Assembly (NCBI GenBank): GCA_035698005.1
Contig: DASSCD010000166.1
Coordinates: 1-29,333 of the forward strand
Length of the DNA stretch: 29,333 nt
Direction of reading: 5' to 3'
DNA from: Gaiellaceae bacterium
GTDB lineage: Bacteria > Actinomycetota > Thermoleophilia > Gaiellales > Gaiellaceae
Under the pieces are notes generated by a model, which searched no databases, was not told the origin of the DNA, and saw nothing but the letters and a program-made list of their open reading frames with translations. Made by a program: the position numbers and the translations under genes. This document shows positions 15,388 to 24,384 of this stretch, piece by piece (the first letter of the stretch is position 1; each line of letters opens with the position of its first letter).

Positions 15388-18300
15388 GTCGTCTCGTCCT
15401 CGGCCGCCTCGGGGTCCGCCGGCTCGTGCTCGATCTCCGCCAGCTGCTCGTACACGTGCCAGCGCTCGTCGACGTCGTGCTGGGCGAGCGCGCCGAGCTC
15501 GGCGGCCTCGTCTGGGCGCGCGCGCCGGAGCATCGCGAAGCGCGCCTCCCGCGACATGAACTCGGAGACCGGGAGCTTCGGCGGGCGCGAGTCGAGCTTG
15601 AAGGGGTGCTCGCCGGCTTGCGCGTGGCGGGGGTCGTAGCGGTAGAGCGGCCAGTAGCCGGTGTCCACCGCGAGCTTGTGCTGCTCCATCGCCTTCTTCA
15701 TCTCGATCCCGTGCGCGATGCAGTGGCTATAGGCGATGACGAGCGACGGCCCGTCGTACGCATCCGCCTCCGCGAGGGCCTTCACGGTCTGCGGGTTGTC
15801 CGCGCCCATCGCGATCTGCGCGACGTACACGTCCCCGTACGCGGAGGCGATCATTCCCAGGTCCTTCTTGCGCGTGCGCTTGCCGCCGGCGGCGAACTTC
15901 GCCACCGCGGCGCGCGGCGTCGCCTTCGAGGCCTGGCCGCCGGTGTTCGAGTACACCTCGGTGTCGAGCACGAGGACGTTCACGTTCCGGCCGGAGGCGA
16001 GCACGTGATCGAGCCCGCCGAAGCCGATGTCGTACGCCCAGCCGTCGCCGCCCACGATCCAGACCGTCCTGCGGACGAGCGCGCGCGCGACGGCCAGGAG
16101 CCGGAGCGCCTCGGGAGTCGCCAGCTCGTAACAGCGCGACTCGAGCTCGTCGACGCGGACGCGCTGCGCGGCGATGCCGGCCTCCGTCGTCTGGTCCGCA
16201 TCGAGGAGAGCCGGCGCGAGGTCGGGGGCGACCTCGGCGACGAGCGCCCTGGCCGAGGCCTCCTGCTGGTCGAGCGCAAGCCGCATGCCGAGGCCGAACT
16301 CCGCGTTGTCCTCGAAGAGGGAGTTCGACCACGCCGGCCCGCGCCCGTCGGCGTTCCGTGCCCAGGGCGTCGTCGGCAGGTTGCCTCCGTAGATCGAGGA
16401 GCACCCGGTCGCGTTCGCGACGAGCATCCGGTCACCGAACAGCTGCGTGAGGAGCTTCAGGTACGGCGTCTCGCCGCAGCCCTCGCAGGCACCCGAGTAC
16501 TCGAACAGCGGCTGGAGCATCTGGGAGCCCTTCACCGTCGCCGGCGCGACGAGCGAGCGGTCGATCTCCGGGATCCCGAGGAAGAACGCATTGCGCTCGC
16601 GCTCGACCTCGAGATGGTCGTCCTTCGGCTCGAGGTTGATCGACTTGTGCCGGACCTCCTCCTTCGAGTGGGCAGGGCAGGTCTCGACGCAGATGCCGCA
16701 GCCCGTGCAGTCCTCCGGCGCCACCTGGATCGTCATCAGCATCCCGGGCAGGTCGCGGGCCTTCCACTCCTTCGAGGGGAACCCGTCCGGAGCGCCCTCG
16801 ACCGCCTCGGGCGGGAAGACCTTCATCCGGATCGCGGCGTGCGGGCAGACGAGCGTGCACTTCGCGCAGTCGATGCAGATAGAGGGGTCCCAGATCGGGA
16901 TCTCGGGCGCGATCGAGCGCTTCTCGTACTGCGCGGTGCCGGTCGGGAACGTCCCGTCGACCGGCAGCGCGGAGACCGGCAGGCCGTCGCCGCGGCCCGC
17001 GATGATCGCGGCCGTGACGTCGCGGACGAACGCGGGCGCCTCTGCTGCCACGGGCTCGGGCCGGCTCCGCGTCGCCGAGACCACCGTGGGGATCTCGACC
17101 TCGGCAAGACCCTCGAGAGCGCGGTCGACGGCCGCGAAGTTCCGCTCGAGCACCGCCTCGCCGCGCTTGCCATAGGTCGCGCGGATCGCGCCCTTGATGG
17201 ACGCGATCGCGTCCTCTCTGGGCATGACCTCGGCGAGCGCGAAGAAGCACGTTTGCAGCACGGTGTTAACGCGCTTGCCGAGGCCGGCGTCGCGCGCGAC
17301 CCGAGAGGCGTCGACCACGAAGAAGCGAAGCTGCTTCTCGACGATCTGCTCCTGCACCTCGAGGGGCAGGTGCTCCCACACCTCGTCGGGCCCATAGGGC
17401 GCGTTGAGAAGGAATGTCGCCCTCTCGGCGGCGAGCTCCAAAACGTCGATCCGGTCGAGGAAGCCGAACTGGTGGCAGGCGACGAAGTCGGCGCGCTGTA
17501 CGAGGTACGTCGAACGGATCGGCTCCGGCCCGAAGCGGAGGTGCGAGACGGTGGTCGAGCCGGCCTTCTTCGAGTCGAGCACGAAGTACGCCTGCGCATG
17601 GAGCCCGGTGGCCTCGGCGATGATCCTGATCGAGTTCCGGTTCGCCCCCACGGTGCCGTCGGCACCGAGGCCGTAGAAGACGGCCTGACGCACCTCCTCG
17701 GGCTCCGTCCTGAACATCGGGTCGACCTCGAGCGAGAGCCCGCCGACGTCGTCGGTGATCCCGACTGTGAACCGCCTCTTCGGATCCTCCTTCGCGAGCT
17801 CGGCGAGCGCGGCGGCGGCCATCGCAGGCGTGAGCTCCTTCGAGGAGAGGCCGTAGCGGCCGCCGATCACGCGTGGCGGCTCCGCGGTCCGCTCGGCGAG
17901 CGCCGTGACGACGTCCTGGAAGAGGGGCTCGGCGAGAGCGGCCGGCTCCTTCGTGCGGTCGAGCACGGCGATCGCGGACACCGAGGCCGGCAGCGTGGCG
18001 ACGAAGGCCGCGGCATCGAACGGGCGATACAGCCGGACCTTGACGACTCCAACGCGCTCGCCGTCGTCGCACAGCCGCTCGACGGCCTCCTCGGCCGCCC
18101 CCGCGCCCGACCCCATCAGCACGAGCACGCGCTCCGCCTCGGGGTGCCCGACGTAGTCGAACAGCCGGTAGGAGCGACCGGTCCGTCTCCCGAGCCGCGC
18201 CATCTCCTCCTGGACGATCCCGGGAACGGCGTCATAGAAGGGGTTGACCGCCTCCCGCGCCTGGAAGAAGACGTCGGGGTTCTGTGCGCTTCCGCGGAGC

Positions 18301-18938
18301 ACCGGGTCGTCGGGCGAGAGCGCGCGGGCGCGGTGTGCGCGCACGAGCTCCTCGTCGAGGAGCGCTCTGACGTCGTCCTCGGACAGGCGCTCGACCGTGC
18401 TCAGCTCATGTGAGGTGCGGAAGCCGTCGAAGAAGTGGAGGAAGGGAATGCGCGCCCGCAGCGTGGCGGCATGGGCGACGAGGGCGAGGTCGTGCGCCTC
18501 CTGCACGGACGAGGAGCACAGCAGCGCGAACCCGGTCGTGCGCGCGGCCATCACGTCGGAGTGGTCGCCGAAGATCGAGAGAGCGTGGGTCGCGACGGTG
18601 CGCGCCGCGACGTGGATGACCGCGGGCGTGAGCTCGCCCGCGATCTTGAACATGTTCGGGAGCATGAGCAGGAGGCCCTGCGAGCTCGTGAAGGTCGTCG
18701 CCAGCGAGCCGGCCTGCAGCGCGCCGTGCACCGCTCCCGCGGCGCCGCCCTCGCTCTGCATCTCGACGACCTGTGGCACCGCACCCCATGCGTTGGGGAC
18801 ACCCTGTGACGACCATGCGTCGGCGAGCTCCCCCATCGGAGTCGCCGGGGTGATCGGGTAGATCGCGATCACCTCGCTCGCGCGGTACGCGACCCAGGCA
18901 GCGCCCTCGTTGCCGTCGATGATCTCGCGACCTCCCAT
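15384..18938 (-). CDS. nifJ: Pyruvate:ferredoxin (flavodoxin) oxidoreductase, NifJ-type homodimer
   Basis: IAIYPITP, EMQSEGGAAG, two ferredoxin CxxCxxCxxxCP motifs, ACEGCGETPY and the TPP motif GGDGWAYDIG. Alternative start at 18974. Confidence 0.95.
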   Translation of the reverse strand: MGGREIIDGNEGAAWVAYRASEVIAIYPITPATPMGELADAWSSQGVPNAWGAVPQVVEMQSEGGAAGAVHGALQAGSLATTFTSSQGLLLMLPNMFKIAGELTPAVIHVAARTVATHALSIFGDHSDVMAARTTGFALLCSSSVQEAHDLALVAHAATLRARIPFLHFFDGFRTSHELSTVERLSEDDVRALLDEELVRAHRARALSPDDPVLRGSAQNPDVFFQAREAVNPFYDAVPGIVQEEMARLGRRTGRSYRLFDYVGHPEAERVLVLMGSGAGAAEEAVERLCDDGERVGVVKVRLYRPFDAAAFVATLPASVSAIAVLDRTKEPAALAEPLFQDVVTALAERTAEPPRVIGGRYGLSSKELTPAMAAAALAELAKEDPKRRFTVGITDDVGGLSLEVDPMFRTEPEEVRQAVFYGLGADGTVGANRNSIRIIAEATGLHAQAYFVLDSKKAGSTTVSHLRFGPEPIRSTYLVQRADFVACHQFGFLDRIDVLELAAERATFLLNAPYGPDEVWEHLPLEVQEQIVEKQLRFFVVDASRVARDAGLGKRVNTVLQTCFFALAEVMPREDAIASIKGAIRATYGKRGEAVLERNFAAVDRALEGLAEVEIPTVVSATRSRPEPVAAEAPAFVRDVTAAIIAGRGDGLPVSALPVDGTFPTGTAQYEKRSIAPEIPIWDPSICIDCAKCTLVCPHAAIRMKVFPPEAVEGAPDGFPSKEWKARDLPGMLMTIQVAPEDCTGCGICVETCPAHSKEEVRHKSINLEPKDDHLEVERERNAFFLGIPEIDRSLVAPATVKGSQMLQPLFEYSGACEGCGETPYLKLLTQLFGDRMLVANATGCSSIYGGNLPTTPWARNADGRGPAWSNSLFEDNAEFGLGMRLALDQQEASARALVAEVAPDLAPALLDADQTTEAGIAAQRVRVDELESRCYELATPEALRLLAVARALVRRTVWIVGGDGWAYDIGFGGLDHVLASGRNVNVLVLDTEVYSNTGGQASKATPRAAVAKFAAGGKRTRKKDLGMIASAYGDVYVAQIAMGADNPQTVKALAEADAYDGPSLVIAYSHCIAHGIEMKKAMEQHKLAVDTGYWPLYRYDPRHAQAGEHPFKLDSRPPKLPVSEFMSREARFAMLRRARPDEAAELGALAQHDVDERWHVYEQLAEIEHEPADPEAAEDETT

Positions 18939-19042
18939 CGCATACAGGGTGTTCCGCGGGCCCGCCGAGGGCATCAGGGTCGACGCTGACGGCCGTTCGG
19001 GCTTCCCCGCACGCGACCCGGGCGCCGTGCGACGATGGCCCG

Positions 19043-20002
19043 GTGCAGGCTCCCGTCACCGTCGCGTGCGTCCAGGCCGAGCCGGTCGTCTTCGATCGCG
19101 AGGCAACGCTCGACAAGCTCGCCGCGCTGACGGCCGAGGCCGCCGGCAACGGCGCCGAACTCGTCGTCTTCCCGGAGACGTTCGTCTCCGTGTATCCGTC
19201 GTCGGCGTGGGCACGCGCGCTCGCCGGCTGGAACGACCCGCGCGCGAAGGCCGCGTTCGCAGCGCTTGCACGCTCCGCGGTCGAGGTCCCGGGGCCTGCC
19301 GCGGACCGCCTGGGCGCGATCGCGCGCGAGCACGGGGTCTGGCTCGTGACCGGCGTCAACGAGCTCGACCCCGCGCGGAACGCAACCGTGTACAACGCGC
19401 TCCTCTACCACGCACCCGACGGCACGCTCGCGCTGAAGCACCGGAAGCTCGTGCCGACGAACCACGAGCGGCTCGTGTGGGGGCAGGGCGACGGCGGCGG
19501 GCTGCGCGCGCTCGAGACGCCGCTCGGCCGCCTCGGAGGGCTCGTCTGCTGGGAGAACTACATGCCGCTCGCCCGCTTCGCGCTGTACGAGTCGGGGGTC
19601 GAGATCTACCTCGCCTCCACTGCGGACGACGCCGACGAGTGGCAGGCGACGCTCGTCCACATCGCCCGCGAGTCGCGCTGCTTCGTCGTCGCCCCCTGTC
19701 ACTTCCAGCGGGCATCGGCCTACCCGGCCGACTTCCCCCTCGCGGACCTGCTCGAGGGCCGCGACCTCCTCGGGCGCGGCGGCAGCGCGATCCTCGCCCC
19801 CGACGGCTCGTACCTGACCGGCCCGCTGTACGCCGAGGAGGGGATCCTGTACGCCGAGCTCGACCCCGCTCGGCTGCTCGAGGAGCGCCAGCGCTTCGAC
19901 GCGGCGGGCCACTACCACCGCCCCGACGTCCTCCGGCTCGAGGTGACGCCGACCGGATCCGCATCAGCGCCGCTGATCGAACCGCCCACGACCTCGACTT
20001 GA
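19043..20002 (+). CDS. Nitrilase (carbon-nitrogen hydrolase family)
   Basis: Glu-Lys-Cys triad in FPE, HRKLVPT and CWEN; C-terminal FDAAGHYHRPD. Confidence 0.92.
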   Translation: MQAPVTVACVQAEPVVFDREATLDKLAALTAEAAGNGAELVVFPETFVSVYPSSAWARALAGWNDPRAKAAFAALARSAVEVPGPAADRLGAIAREHGVWLVTGVNELDPARNATVYNALLYHAPDGTLALKHRKLVPTNHERLVWGQGDGGGLRALETPLGRLGGLVCWENYMPLARFALYESGVEIYLASTADDADEWQATLVHIARESRCFVVAPCHFQRASAYPADFPLADLLEGRDLLGRGGSAILAPDGSYLTGPLYAEEGILYAELDPARLLEERQRFDAAGHYHRPDVLRLEVTPTGSASAPLIEPPTTST

Positions 20003-20033
20003 GGTGATCGGCCGCCGTCGGCGATCCTGGCCC

Positions 20034-20987
20034 ATGGCGGCGCGTCACGACGCACGCATCTGGCTCGCTCTGGGGACGGTGTACGTCGTCTGGGGCTCGA
20101 CGTTCATCGCGCTCGCGATCGTCGTCCGCGACCTCCCGCCGCTCCTCGCCATGTCCGCGCGGCACGTCGTCGCCGGCGGCGTGCTCCTCGCGTTCGCGCT
20201 CCCGCGCGGCGACCGCGAGCACGACCGGATCGGCACGCGGCAGATCGGCGCCGCGCTCGTCTTCGGCGGGCTGCTCTTCGTCGTCGGGCACGGGAGTCTC
20301 GCGTGGGCGCAGCAGACCGTCCCGGCCGGCGTCGCGGCTCTCCTCATCGGCACGATCCCGATCTGGATCGTGCTCCTCGACCGCGTCTTCTTCGGGCGCC
20401 GCCTCCACGGCTCCGCGTACGCCGGGCTCGTGCTCGGCTTCGTCGGCCTCGCCTTCCTCTTCGACCCCTTCGGCGAGGGCTCGGTCGACCGCCTCGGCGC
20501 CCTCGTCATCGTGCTCAGCGCACTGAGCTGGGCGGCCGGCTCGCTGTACTCGCGCGGCGCGCCGCTGCCCCGACGGCCGCTCGTCTCCGCTGGGCTCGCC
20601 TCGCTCTGCGGCGGCGTGCTGCTGCTCGTCGCCTCGCTCGCGGTGGGCGAGCCCGGCGACGTGCATCTCTCGCAGGACGCGCTCATCGCACTCGGCTACC
20701 TCATCGTCGCCGGGAGCTTCGTCGGGTTCACCGCCTACGTCTGGCTGCTGCGCGTCGCGCCCATCTCACTCGTGGGGACCTACGCCTACATGAACCCGAT
20801 CGTCGCCGTGTTCCTGGGATGGGCGCTCCTCGGCGAGGAGGTCACCGCGCAGATGGCCGCCGCGGGCGCTGCGATCGTGCTCTCGGTCGCGTTGATCCTG
20901 CGGGCGAGCGGCTCGGCGGTCGAGCCGGGCCGCGGCCTGCTCCGCCGCCGGCGGCCGATCCCCGCCGCCGCCGAGCCCGTGGCGTAG
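20034..20987 (+). CDS. EamA/DMT transporter (YedA-like)
   Basis: LGTVYVVWGST, two EamA repeats and TYAYMNPIVAVFLG; about 10 TM segments. Confidence 0.9.
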   Translation: MAARHDARIWLALGTVYVVWGSTFIALAIVVRDLPPLLAMSARHVVAGGVLLAFALPRGDREHDRIGTRQIGAALVFGGLLFVVGHGSLAWAQQTVPAGVAALLIGTIPIWIVLLDRVFFGRRLHGSAYAGLVLGFVGLAFLFDPFGEGSVDRLGALVIVLSALSWAAGSLYSRGAPLPRRPLVSAGLASLCGGVLLLVASLAVGEPGDVHLSQDALIALGYLIVAGSFVGFTAYVWLLRVAPISLVGTYAYMNPIVAVFLGWALLGEEVTAQMAAAGAAIVLSVALILRASGSAVEPGRGLLRRRRPIPAAAEPVA

Positions 20988-20993
20988 CGCGTC

Positions 20994-21998
20994 TTAGCCG
21001 CCGATGTAGGACATCTCGACCTTGCGCAGCGCGGCCGTGTCCTCGGTGCGGAGCTCGGAGTAGCGGTCGGCGCGGCGCTCCCAGACCGCCCGGATCGCCG
21101 CGTCGAGCTCGTCGTCGCCCGCGTCGGAGCGGAGCTGCGCGCGCAGGTCGTGGCCGCGGACCGCGAACAGGCAGGTGTAGAGCTTCCCGTCGGCCGAGAG
21201 CCGCGCCCGCGTGCAGTTGCCGCAGAAGGGCTGCGTCACCGAGGCGATCACGCCGATCTCGCCCTCGCCGTCGAGGTACCGGTACCGCTCAGCGACCTCT
21301 CCGCGGTACGCGGGGTCGAGGGGCTCGAGCGGGAACTCGGCGCCGATCGTGCGCACGATCTCCGCGGCGGGGACGACGTCGTCGAGTCGCCAGCCGTTCG
21401 TCGCGCCGACGTCCATGAACTCGATGAACCGGACGACGTGACCGGTCCCGCGGAAGCGCCGCGCCATGTCCAGGACGGTCGCCTCGTTGAGCCCCCGCTT
21501 GACGACGACGTTGACCTTGACCGGAAGCCCCGCGGCGGCGGCTGCGTCGATCGCGCCGAGCACGCGGGCGACCGGGAAGTCGACGTCGTTCATCGCGCGG
21601 AACACCTCGTCGTCGAGCGAGTCGAGGCTGACGGTGACGCGCGTGAGGCCGGCCGCGGCCAGCGCCTCGGCCTTCTGCGCCAGGAGCGCGCCGTTCGTGG
21701 TCAGCGTGAGATCGAGGTCGCCGAGGGCCGCGAGCCGCGCCACCAGGAGCTCGAGGTCGCGGCGGAGCAGCGGCTCGCCCCCGGTGATCCGCAGCTTGTT
21801 CACGCCGAGCGAGACGAAGACGCGGGCCACGCGCTCGATCTCCTCGAACGTCAACAGCTCGCGGCGGGGGAGAAAGCGGTGGTCGCGCCCGAAGACCTCC
21901 TTCGGCATGCAGTACACGCAGCGGAAGTTGCAGCGGTCGGTGACCGAGATCCGCAGGTCACGGAGGGGGCGCCCGAGGGTGTCGGCGACGTGCGGCAC
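20994..21998 (-). CDS. moaA: GTP 3',8-cyclase (molybdenum cofactor biosynthesis)
   Basis: Radical SAM motif CNFRCVYC, C-terminal CGNC-x13-C and terminal YIGG. Start placed at the GTG at 21998 because the longer start at 22049 would overlap the divergent promoter. Confidence 0.95.
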   Translation of the reverse strand: MPHVADTLGRPLRDLRISVTDRCNFRCVYCMPKEVFGRDHRFLPRRELLTFEEIERVARVFVSLGVNKLRITGGEPLLRRDLELLVARLAALGDLDLTLTTNGALLAQKAEALAAAGLTRVTVSLDSLDDEVFRAMNDVDFPVARVLGAIDAAAAAGLPVKVNVVVKRGLNEATVLDMARRFRGTGHVVRFIEFMDVGATNGWRLDDVVPAAEIVRTIGAEFPLEPLDPAYRGEVAERYRYLDGEGEIGVIASVTQPFCGNCTRARLSADGKLYTCLFAVRGHDLRAQLRSDAGDDELDAAIRAVWERRADRYSELRTEDTAALRKVEMSYIGG

Positions 21999-22066
21999 TG
22001 CTCCGACAGGGTAGTCGGCGACGGCCCGGCTAGGATCGAGGACGTCCACGCGAAGGGAGCCCGCTC

Positions 22067-22423
22067 ATGAGCCCGATCTCGAAGTCTCTCGCGCTCGCCC
22101 TGCTCGTCTCGCTCGTCGTGGCGGCCGCCGCGGTCGCAAGGTCGTCGGCCACCGCCGTGTCGGTCACCGCCGGAAAGCCGAGCGAGTTCAGGTTCACGCT
22201 CTCGAAGAAGACGGTGCCGAAGGGAACGGTCACGTTCAGGGTCTCGAACCGCGGCACGGTCAGCCACGACTTCAAGATCGCCGGGAAGCGGACGAAGCTG
22301 ATCCCGAAGGGCAGGAGCGCGATCCTCACCGTCAAGATCCCCAAGGCCGGCAAGTACAAGTTCCTCTGCACCGTTCCCGGCCACGCGGCCGGCGGGATGA
22401 AGGGCGTCCTGACCGTCAAGTAA
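22067..22423 (+). CDS. Secreted cupredoxin (plastocyanin/azurin/auracyanin-like)
   Basis: Signal-peptide-like N-terminus; type-1 Cu ligands in SHDF...CTVPGHAAGGM. TAGGAT -10 box and AAGGGAG ribosome-binding site. Confidence 0.88.
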   Translation: MSPISKSLALALLVSLVVAAAAVARSSATAVSVTAGKPSEFRFTLSKKTVPKGTVTFRVSNRGTVSHDFKIAGKRTKLIPKGRSAILTVKIPKAGKYKFLCTVPGHAAGGMKGVLTVK

Positions 22424-22475
22424 CCGTTCCGGCTTCCTCGCGCGAGGGAGGCATGACTGCCATAGCCTCCCGCCG

Positions 22476-23375
22476 ATGCGCGGCGACGAGCGATCCTTCC
22501 TGCCGCTGCTCGCGCTCGTCGGGGTCACCGCGATCTGGGGCGTCACGTTCGTGCAGGTGCAGGACGCGCTCGCGCTGTACCCGCTCTTCGCCTTCCTCGC
22601 GGTGCGGTTCGCGATCTCGACCGCGGCCCTCGCGCCGTTCGCCTGGGGCCGGCTCGGGGAGCTGCCGCGCGAGGGATACATCGCGGGGGTCGGCGTCGGC
22701 GCGCTGCTCGCGGCCGCGTACGGCTTCCAGACCGCCGGGCTCGAGCTGACCACCGTGTCGAGCACGGGCTTCATCACCGGCCTGTACGTCGTCTTCACCC
22801 CGTTCATCGCGCTCGCGCTCTTTCGCACGCCCGTGCCGCGCGCGCTCTGGGCCGGCGTCGGCCTCGCCGTCGTCGGCCTCTTCCTGCTCTCCGGAGCCCC
22901 GGGCGGCTCCGCGACGGGCAACGCGCTCGTCCTCGCGGCGGCGCTCGCCGCCGCGCTCCAGATCGTCGCGCTCGAGCGGTTCGCGCCGCGCTACGACGTG
23001 CGCGCGCTGACGTTCCTGCAGATGGCGACGTCGTTCGTCGGCTTCCTGGCGATCGCACTCGTGCTCGGCGAGCTCGAGGTCCCGCAGGGCGGCACCGTGT
23101 GGGCTGCCTTGCTCGTGACTGGGCTCTTCGCGGGCGCGCTCGGCTTCCTGGTCGCGACCTGGGTGCAGGCCCGGACGACCGCCGCTCGCGCCGCCCTCGT
23201 CTTCACGCTCGAAGCGCCCTTCGCCGCACTTGCGGGCGTGCTGCTCGCGGACGAGGTCCTGGGCTCCGCCGGGTGGCTCGGGTGCGGCGTGATGATGGCG
23301 GGGATCCTGCTCGCCGAGCCGTTCGCCGCGAGCGCCCTGCGGCGCGTCCTGCCGCGGGGGAGGCTAGATGACTGA
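22476..23375 (+). CDS. EamA/DMT transporter; last codons and stop supplied by the 169-bp element
   Basis: AIWGVTF, FITGLYVVFTP and VFTLEAPFA motifs. TAGCCT -10 box lies 7 nt before the ATG. Confidence 0.9.
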   Translation: MRGDERSFLPLLALVGVTAIWGVTFVQVQDALALYPLFAFLAVRFAISTAALAPFAWGRLGELPREGYIAGVGVGALLAAAYGFQTAGLELTTVSSTGFITGLYVVFTPFIALALFRTPVPRALWAGVGLAVVGLFLLSGAPGGSATGNALVLAAALAAALQIVALERFAPRYDVRALTFLQMATSFVGFLAIALVLGELEVPQGGTVWAALLVTGLFAGALGFLVATWVQARTTAARAALVFTLEAPFAALAGVLLADEVLGSAGWLGCGVMMAGILLAEPFAASALRRVLPRGRLDD

Positions 23376-23532
23376 CCGTCAATCGCTCGCCGCGCGGATG
23401 GTGGCCGAGACGCATCGGCGGGCGGCGCCGCCCTCCATCGCCCGTATTCCCGATACGCGCTCGGTCGGGCCGCGTCCCCGGCTCGATCTCGGCCATCCCC
23501 GCATCGACGCCGATCACCGGTCAGTCATCTAG
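23364..23532. mobile_element. 169-bp CTAG-bounded palindromic element (MITE-like), copy 2
   Basis: Perfect 15-bp terminal inverted repeat CTAGATGACTGACCG/CGGTCAGTCATCTAG. Same length and internal stems as 7604-7772. Confidence 0.8.
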
Positions 23533-23534
23533 GC

Positions 23535-24380
23535 GTGGACGCCGTCCTCCTCGCCGTCGCGTCCGCGTTCCTGTTCGGTGCGATGACGGTCGCGATCCGG
23601 ATCGCCCTCCGCCGCGGCGCGGCTGCGGAGGTGGGAGCGCTCGCGACGGTCCTGACGGCGGTGGCGGTCACCCTGCCGTTCGCGCTCGCACAGGGCGGTC
23701 CCCTGACCGGGGTCTGGCCGTTCCTGCTCGCGGGGCTGCTGGGCCCCGGGCTCTCTCAGCTCTTCTTCACACTCGCGGTGCGCGAGGCTGGGCCGTCGCG
23801 TACCTCGGTCGTCGTCGGCACCGCTCCGCTCTTCTCCGTCGTCATCGCGGTCGTCCTCCTCGGCGAGCCGCTCCGGGCCGGCCTCGTCGCCGGGGCGCTC
23901 CTCATCGTCGGCGGCGGCGCGCTGCTCGTGAGCGAGCGCGGCCGGCCCGAGCACGTGCGCGTCGCCGGGCTCGTGCTCGCGCTCGCCGCGACCGTCGTGT
24001 TCGCGGTGCGGGACAACGTCGTCCGTTGGCTGGCGGTCGACACGGACGTGTCGCCCGGTGCGGCCGCCACGGCCACCCTCACGGCGGGAGCAGCGGTGAT
24101 CGCCGCGTACCTCCTCCTCACGCGCGCCCCGATCGAGCGTCGGTCCGCGAGCGCCTTCGCGCCCGCCGGGATCCTGTTCGGGCTCTCGTACGTGTGTCTC
24201 TTCGAGGCGTACTACCGAGGGCCGGTGACCGTCGTGTCGCCGCTCGTCGCGACCGAGTCCCTCTGGGGCGTAGCGCTGTCAGCGCTCGTACTCACGCGCT
24301 CCGAGCGGGTCGGTGCGCGCCTCGTCGCCGGCGCGTGCCTTGTCGTCGCCGGCGGTGTGCTGATCGGCGTCTTCCGGTAG
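23535..24380 (+). CDS. EamA/DMT transporter
   Basis: About 10 TM segments; GPSRTSVVVGTAPLFS and VTVVSPLVATESLW. Confidence 0.88.
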   Translation: MDAVLLAVASAFLFGAMTVAIRIALRRGAAAEVGALATVLTAVAVTLPFALAQGGPLTGVWPFLLAGLLGPGLSQLFFTLAVREAGPSRTSVVVGTAPLFSVVIAVVLLGEPLRAGLVAGALLIVGGGALLVSERGRPEHVRVAGLVLALAATVVFAVRDNVVRWLAVDTDVSPGAAATATLTAGAAVIAAYLLLTRAPIERRSASAFAPAGILFGLSYVCLFEAYYRGPVTVVSPLVATESLWGVALSALVLTRSERVGARLVAGACLVVAGGVLIGVFR

Positions 24381-24384
24381 CCGT

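Noticed and set aside
8344-18413. Long ORFs on opposite strands or alternative frames (e.g. 8344-11358 +, 15426-18413 +, and most of 24385-27315 -)
   Set aside because: These are shadow ORFs of well-supported genes in high-GC DNA, rich in Arg/Ala/Pro and without motifs.
18939-18980. Imperfect direct repeat ACCCTG(T)ATGC upstream of PFOR on the minus strand
   Set aside because: Only two short, imperfect copies and no recognisable regulator consensus.
22433-22451. CTTCCTCGCGCGAGGGAG hairpin after the cupredoxin gene
   Set aside because: Short, imperfect stem with no U-tract; too weak to call a terminator.
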